A DNA stretch of 64,000 bases from a bacterium (GTDB lineage Bacteria; Electryoneota; Electryoneia; Electryoneales; Electryoneaceae), in assembly GCA_963675295.2 (NCBI GenBank), contig CAXXKJ010000002.1:1088001-1152000 (forward strand), given 5' to 3'. This document shows positions 60,268 through 64,000 of the stretch, in pieces. Within the stretch, counting starts at the first letter, position 1; the number at the start of each line of letters is the position of its first letter. The position numbers and the translations under genes were made by a program. The notes under the pieces were generated by a model. It was given only the letters and a program-made list of their open reading frames with translations. It was not told where the DNA came from and ran no database searches.

Positions 60268-61935
60268 ATGATGGACGAGGGCGAGCATGTCTTGATCATC
60301 GGTGCTGATGCGGCCGGACTGAAAACCGCCGCACGTTTGCGCCGGCTGAAACCGGAACTGCCGATCACCGTGCTCGACCGGAGCGATACCATCTCCTATG
60401 CCGCCTGCGGATTCCCGTACTTCCTCTCCGGCGACATCGACGACTTCAGCGAACTGACCCGGACCGCCTGGGGTGAGAACAAGACCCCGCAGTATTTCCA
60501 CGACAGCAAGGATATTGAAGTCCTGACCGGCTGGGACGCGATCCGGATCGAACGCGACCCGAACCAGGTGATCGCGCGGAATGTGGACGGTGAGGAACGC
60601 CCGTTCCCGTTCACGAAGCTCGTGCTCGCCACTGGTGCCAGCCCGGTCAAGCTGAGCATCCCGGGGTCGGATTGCAGGCTGGTCAGTTCGTTCACCCGTC
60701 CCGAGGAAGTGCAATCTCTCCGGATGTCGTTGCAGAAAAATGAGGTTGGGCGTGTCGCGGTGATCGGCGGCGGCTACATCGGCCTCGAGTTGTGCGAGGC
60801 GTTCGCGGCGCTGTGGGGCGTGGAAGTGTTGCTGGTCGAGCAGCGGGTGCGGGTGATGTCGGCCAACCTCGATCCGGAGATTTCGCGTCTGGTTGAAGAT
60901 CACCTGCGGTCGGAGGGTGTGGACGTCCGACTGCAGACCACGCTGAAGCACATCAAGTGCCGCGACGATGAGCTGGTGCTCACGCTCAGCGAAGGCGAGG
61001 AACAGCAGGTCGACCGTGTCGTCCTTTGCCCGGGTGTGTTGCCGAACGCGCAGCTCGCCGTGGACGCCGGCCTGACCATCGGGCCGAAGGGTGGCGTGCA
61101 GGTGGACAAGCATGGCCGCACCTCGGACCTCGCCATCTACGCGGCGGGCGACTGCGCGGAGCTGCCGGATGTGGCGGGGACACGTTTGATCCCGCTCGGC
61201 TCGATCGCGAACCGGATGGGCCGGGTTGTCGCCAACCACATCGCTGGTGTGCCGGATCCGGGTATCCCGAAGCTGTTCGGCACCGGCGTGGTGAAAGTGT
61301 TCGACCTCAATGTTGCCAGCACCGGTCTGTCGGCGGCGCGAGCGCGTCAACGCGGGCTGGAGGTGGAGGAATACTGGGGCTGCTGGACCGACCGTGCGCA
61401 CTATTACCCCGAGAACCAGAATCTAAAGATCAAGGTCGTGCGCGAGCGTCACGGGCAACTGCTCGGCATTCAGGCAGTCGGCAAGGGCGAGGTGGTACGC
61501 TGGGTGGACGCCTTCGCGCAGATCCTTGACCTCGCGGACGGCGACCCGCGTGCGTTGCTGCGCTTCGAGCACGCCTACGCGCCGCCGTACGCTACCGCGC
61601 TCGACCCGTTACACCACATCGGCGCGATGATGGAGACCGGTGACGGCTGGCAGATTGCGCCGACGATGATGCACGGTGGTGGCAATCACGACTGGACGTG
61701 GATCGATCTGCTCGCCGACGAGGAGCGGGACTCGCTCGAGCTGCCGGAAGTGCGCGGCAAGGTGCTGCGGATGACGACGGCGGAGCTGCGCGAGAAGGTG
61801 GACACGTTGCCGAAGCAGGATGTCTATCTCTTCTGCGCACGTGGGCCTCGCAGCTACGAATGCTGCCGGTATTTGCGTCAACACGGGATCAACGCGCGTT
61901 ATCTTGCCGGCGGGATTGCGTTTACCCTGGGTTGA
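60268..61935 (+). CDS. CoA-disulfide / persulfide reductase (Cdr/Npsr family) with a C-terminal rhodanese domain
   Basis: ISYAACGFPY, LVLATG, IGGGYIGLE, IYAAGDC, YYP, AYAPPY, rhodanese FCARGPRSY. Confidence 0.88.
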   Translation: MMDEGEHVLIIGADAAGLKTAARLRRLKPELPITVLDRSDTISYAACGFPYFLSGDIDDFSELTRTAWGENKTPQYFHDSKDIEVLTGWDAIRIERDPNQVIARNVDGEERPFPFTKLVLATGASPVKLSIPGSDCRLVSSFTRPEEVQSLRMSLQKNEVGRVAVIGGGYIGLELCEAFAALWGVEVLLVEQRVRVMSANLDPEISRLVEDHLRSEGVDVRLQTTLKHIKCRDDELVLTLSEGEEQQVDRVVLCPGVLPNAQLAVDAGLTIGPKGGVQVDKHGRTSDLAIYAAGDCAELPDVAGTRLIPLGSIANRMGRVVANHIAGVPDPGIPKLFGTGVVKVFDLNVASTGLSAARARQRGLEVEEYWGCWTDRAHYYPENQNLKIKVVRERHGQLLGIQAVGKGEVVRWVDAFAQILDLADGDPRALLRFEHAYAPPYATALDPLHHIGAMMETGDGWQIAPTMMHGGGNHDWTWIDLLADEERDSLELPEVRGKVLRMTTAELREKVDTLPKQDVYLFCARGPRSYECCRYLRQHGINARYLAGGIAFTLG

Positions 61936-61956
61936 TCACACACGCAGCAGGATTCC

Positions 61957-62661
61957 ATGAGCCTACCGAAATTGCCGGACCCGGCGAAAGCGTCTGACAA
62001 GGTTATGCGGGCGCGTGTCGCGGATGTCGCCGCTCTCTTCGAACGGGAAAAGGGTCCGCTGAAATGGCCGGGCCGCCGTGACCCGCTCGCCGGACTGGTC
62101 CAGACGTTACTCTCGCACAATACCACCGACCCGAACGCGTTCGCCGCCTACGACCGGATGATGGAACGTTACGGCGACTGGGCGTCGGTGCATCACGCGC
62201 CCCACGCCGAGCTGTCCGAAACGATCCGTATCGCTGGCCTCAACAACCAGAAGGCGGAACGGATTCAGGATCTGCTCGCGTTCGTCAAGGAGACGTACGG
62301 CGACTACACCGCGGACGCGCTGGAGTCGATGGACTTTGACGAAGCGTTCGCGACCTTCGGCCACCTCAAGGGCGTCAAGCACAAGACGCTGGCGGTGGTG
62401 CTGACCTTCGACCTCGGCAAGGATGTGTTCGCGGTCGACACCCATGTCCATCGCGTCTGCCAGCGGATCGGGTTTGTGACGGAGAAGGCGACGGCGGTGA
62501 GGACGTTCGAACGCATGAACGAGCTGGTGCCGGACGGACGGGGCTACCAGTTCCATGTGCACCTGATCCGTCACGGCCGCCAGATCTGCAAGGCACGCGG
62601 GCCGCTGTGTAATGAGTGTTTTGTGCGTGACTTGTGCCGGTTCGGACGCTCCGTGAAGTAA
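61957..62661 (+). CDS. nth: Endonuclease III (HhH-GPD) family DNA glycosylase
   Basis: LVQTLLSHNTTD, GVKHKT, AVDTHV.R, C-x6-C-x2-C-x5-C Fe-S motif. Confidence 0.85.
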   Translation: MSLPKLPDPAKASDKVMRARVADVAALFEREKGPLKWPGRRDPLAGLVQTLLSHNTTDPNAFAAYDRMMERYGDWASVHHAPHAELSETIRIAGLNNQKAERIQDLLAFVKETYGDYTADALESMDFDEAFATFGHLKGVKHKTLAVVLTFDLGKDVFAVDTHVHRVCQRIGFVTEKATAVRTFERMNELVPDGRGYQFHVHLIRHGRQICKARGPLCNECFVRDLCRFGRSVK

Positions 62662-62662
62662 G

Positions 62663-62845
62663 GGGTGTCATTCTGAACGTCACGTAGTGACGTGAAGAAT
62701 CTCCAGCTAATCAAACGGTGGATAAGTTGGAGATCTTTCACTGCGTTCAGGATGACACCCTCGATCACAGACCGCAGACCGCAGACCGCAGACCGCAGAC
62801 CGCAGCCTGACAATGACGAGATCCTTCACTGCGTTCAAGATAATC
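62663..62845. repeat. REP/MITE-like long inverted repeat, (CAGACCG)x5 and a second half-element
   Basis: gggtgtcattctgaacg...gtgaagaatctc / gagatctttcactgcgttcaggatgacaccc (62663-62760); heptamers 62768-62802; gagatccttcactgcgttcaagataat (62818-62844). Confidence 0.8.
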
Positions 62846-62928
62846 CCAGACGTGCGAACCCCTTCCGCGCTCCGTATATTCCCCGCCCATACGTCACGTT
62901 CCCAAGCCGGAAAAAGGACTTCCGATAG

Positions 62929-63681
62929 ATGACAAGTTTGCGTAAGACTCTGTTCGTGATTCTCATGCTCATGATGTTCGCTGTACCGGCTGTCAACGCA
63001 CAGGTGATCGCCGAAGGGTCGGTTGTCACCGATTACATGTGGCGTGGGTTCAACGTGCTCAATGGCGCGCCGGCGTTCCAGCCGACGGTCACCGGCATTC
63101 TCGGCGACACCGGATTTGACATCAACGCGTGGTTCTCGTTCGCGTTGCGGGATCGGGAGCAGCAGGCGATTCGTGACCTCGATGAGATGGACCTGACGTT
63201 GACGTATTCGCGCAGTATCGGCACAGTCGATGTGCGCGCCGGGGTGTTCACGTACCACCTGTTCACGCACGAGGACTATCCGGACGCGGACTACACGTTT
63301 GTCCGGGAAGCGTTCGGCGGGGTGACGTTTGCGAGTCTGCCGCTGTCGCCGTGGGTGGCGTACAACTATGAGCTCGTCGAGGATGGCGGCAACGACTGGT
63401 ACCTGGAACTTGGCGCGGACCAGCCCGTGTCCCTTCCAAACGATCAGGAATTGCTGCTCAGCCTGCATGCGGGTTGGTACAGCGCGGAGTGGGCGGGGCT
63501 TGGTGGACAGTTGACGGATGTGTCGTTGACAGTCGGTTTGCCGGCTGTTCCGCTGCTGGGAGACAACGTCTCGCTGGTGCCGTGGATGATGGCGGCGTAT
63601 ACGCCCCCGGAACACGTGAATCCAAACCGGTTTGAGGTGGTGGCTGGAATGGCGCTCAGTGGGGTCTTTCTGGCTCGCTAA
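62929..63681 (+). CDS. TorF/Gcw_chp-like outer-membrane protein
   Basis: Signal peptide; VTDYMWRG.....PAFQP, EMDLTLTY; beta-strand pattern. Confidence 0.7.
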   Translation: MTSLRKTLFVILMLMMFAVPAVNAQVIAEGSVVTDYMWRGFNVLNGAPAFQPTVTGILGDTGFDINAWFSFALRDREQQAIRDLDEMDLTLTYSRSIGTVDVRAGVFTYHLFTHEDYPDADYTFVREAFGGVTFASLPLSPWVAYNYELVEDGGNDWYLELGADQPVSLPNDQELLLSLHAGWYSAEWAGLGGQLTDVSLTVGLPAVPLLGDNVSLVPWMMAAYTPPEHVNPNRFEVVAGMALSGVFLAR

Positions 63682-63774
63682 GGCTTGATCTCAGCCGGTT
63701 TTCGACGTATGGTCCCCCCGACCTTACACGTAACATTTACCCAGACGATAGCGATACGAAAATAGGAGGCTTAC

Positions 63775-64000
63775 ATGGCCACAAAATACGTCTATTTCTT
63801 CGGCGAAGGGAAAGCCGACGGCAACGCCGAGATGAAGAATCTGCTCGGCGGCAAGGGTGCGAACCTCGCCGAGATGACCAGCTTGGGGATTCCGGTCCCG
63901 CCGGGATTCACCATCACCACCGAGATGTGCACCGAGTATTTCGAGAACGGTGGCAATCTCAACGACGAAGTTGAGACCCAGGTGAAGGATTCGCTGGCCA
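63775..64000 (+). CDS. ppdK: Pyruvate, phosphate dikinase (5' part, runs off the window)
   Basis: RBS aggagg; [50 protein letters not shown]. Confidence 0.93.
   Translation, partial: MATKYVYFFGEGKADGNAEMKNLLGGKGANLAEMTSLGIPVPPGFTITTEMCTEYFENGGNLNDEVETQVKDSLA

Overview
GC-rich bacterial chromosomal segment, most likely from a non-Bacteroidota FCB-superphylum lineage. This is inferred from six proteins ending in 'YPNPFN...SG.Y...K' type IX secretion (T9SS/Por)-like C-terminal domains (CTDs). The left ~38 kb holds secreted surface-protein genes mixed with housekeeping genes (pdxS/pdxT, tRNA-Ser(GCT), gltX, Trm112). It also holds a PAS chemoreceptor, an AT-rich thioredoxin/peroxiredoxin islet, a large outer-membrane protein, a metal-uptake operon with an RAPP-type leader, and a truncated globin. 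The right part carries a contiguous dissimilatory sulfite reductase cluster (dsrA-B-D-L-C-N-TPR-T-M-K-J-O-P) divergent from a YeiH-type sulfate/sulfite exporter. It is followed by an S41-like lipoprotein, a CoA-disulfide/persulfide reductase with a rhodanese domain, endonuclease III, a TorF-like porin and the start of ppdK. Patterns not explained by the gene list are: a shared ~110-aa module in six secreted proteins, orphan gene 3' ends with mostly synonymous divergence beside inserted genes, and intergenic mosaics of heptamer tandem arrays and REP-like hairpins. No CRISPR array, integrase or transposase was seen. All family assignments come from motif recognition by eye, not database searches.
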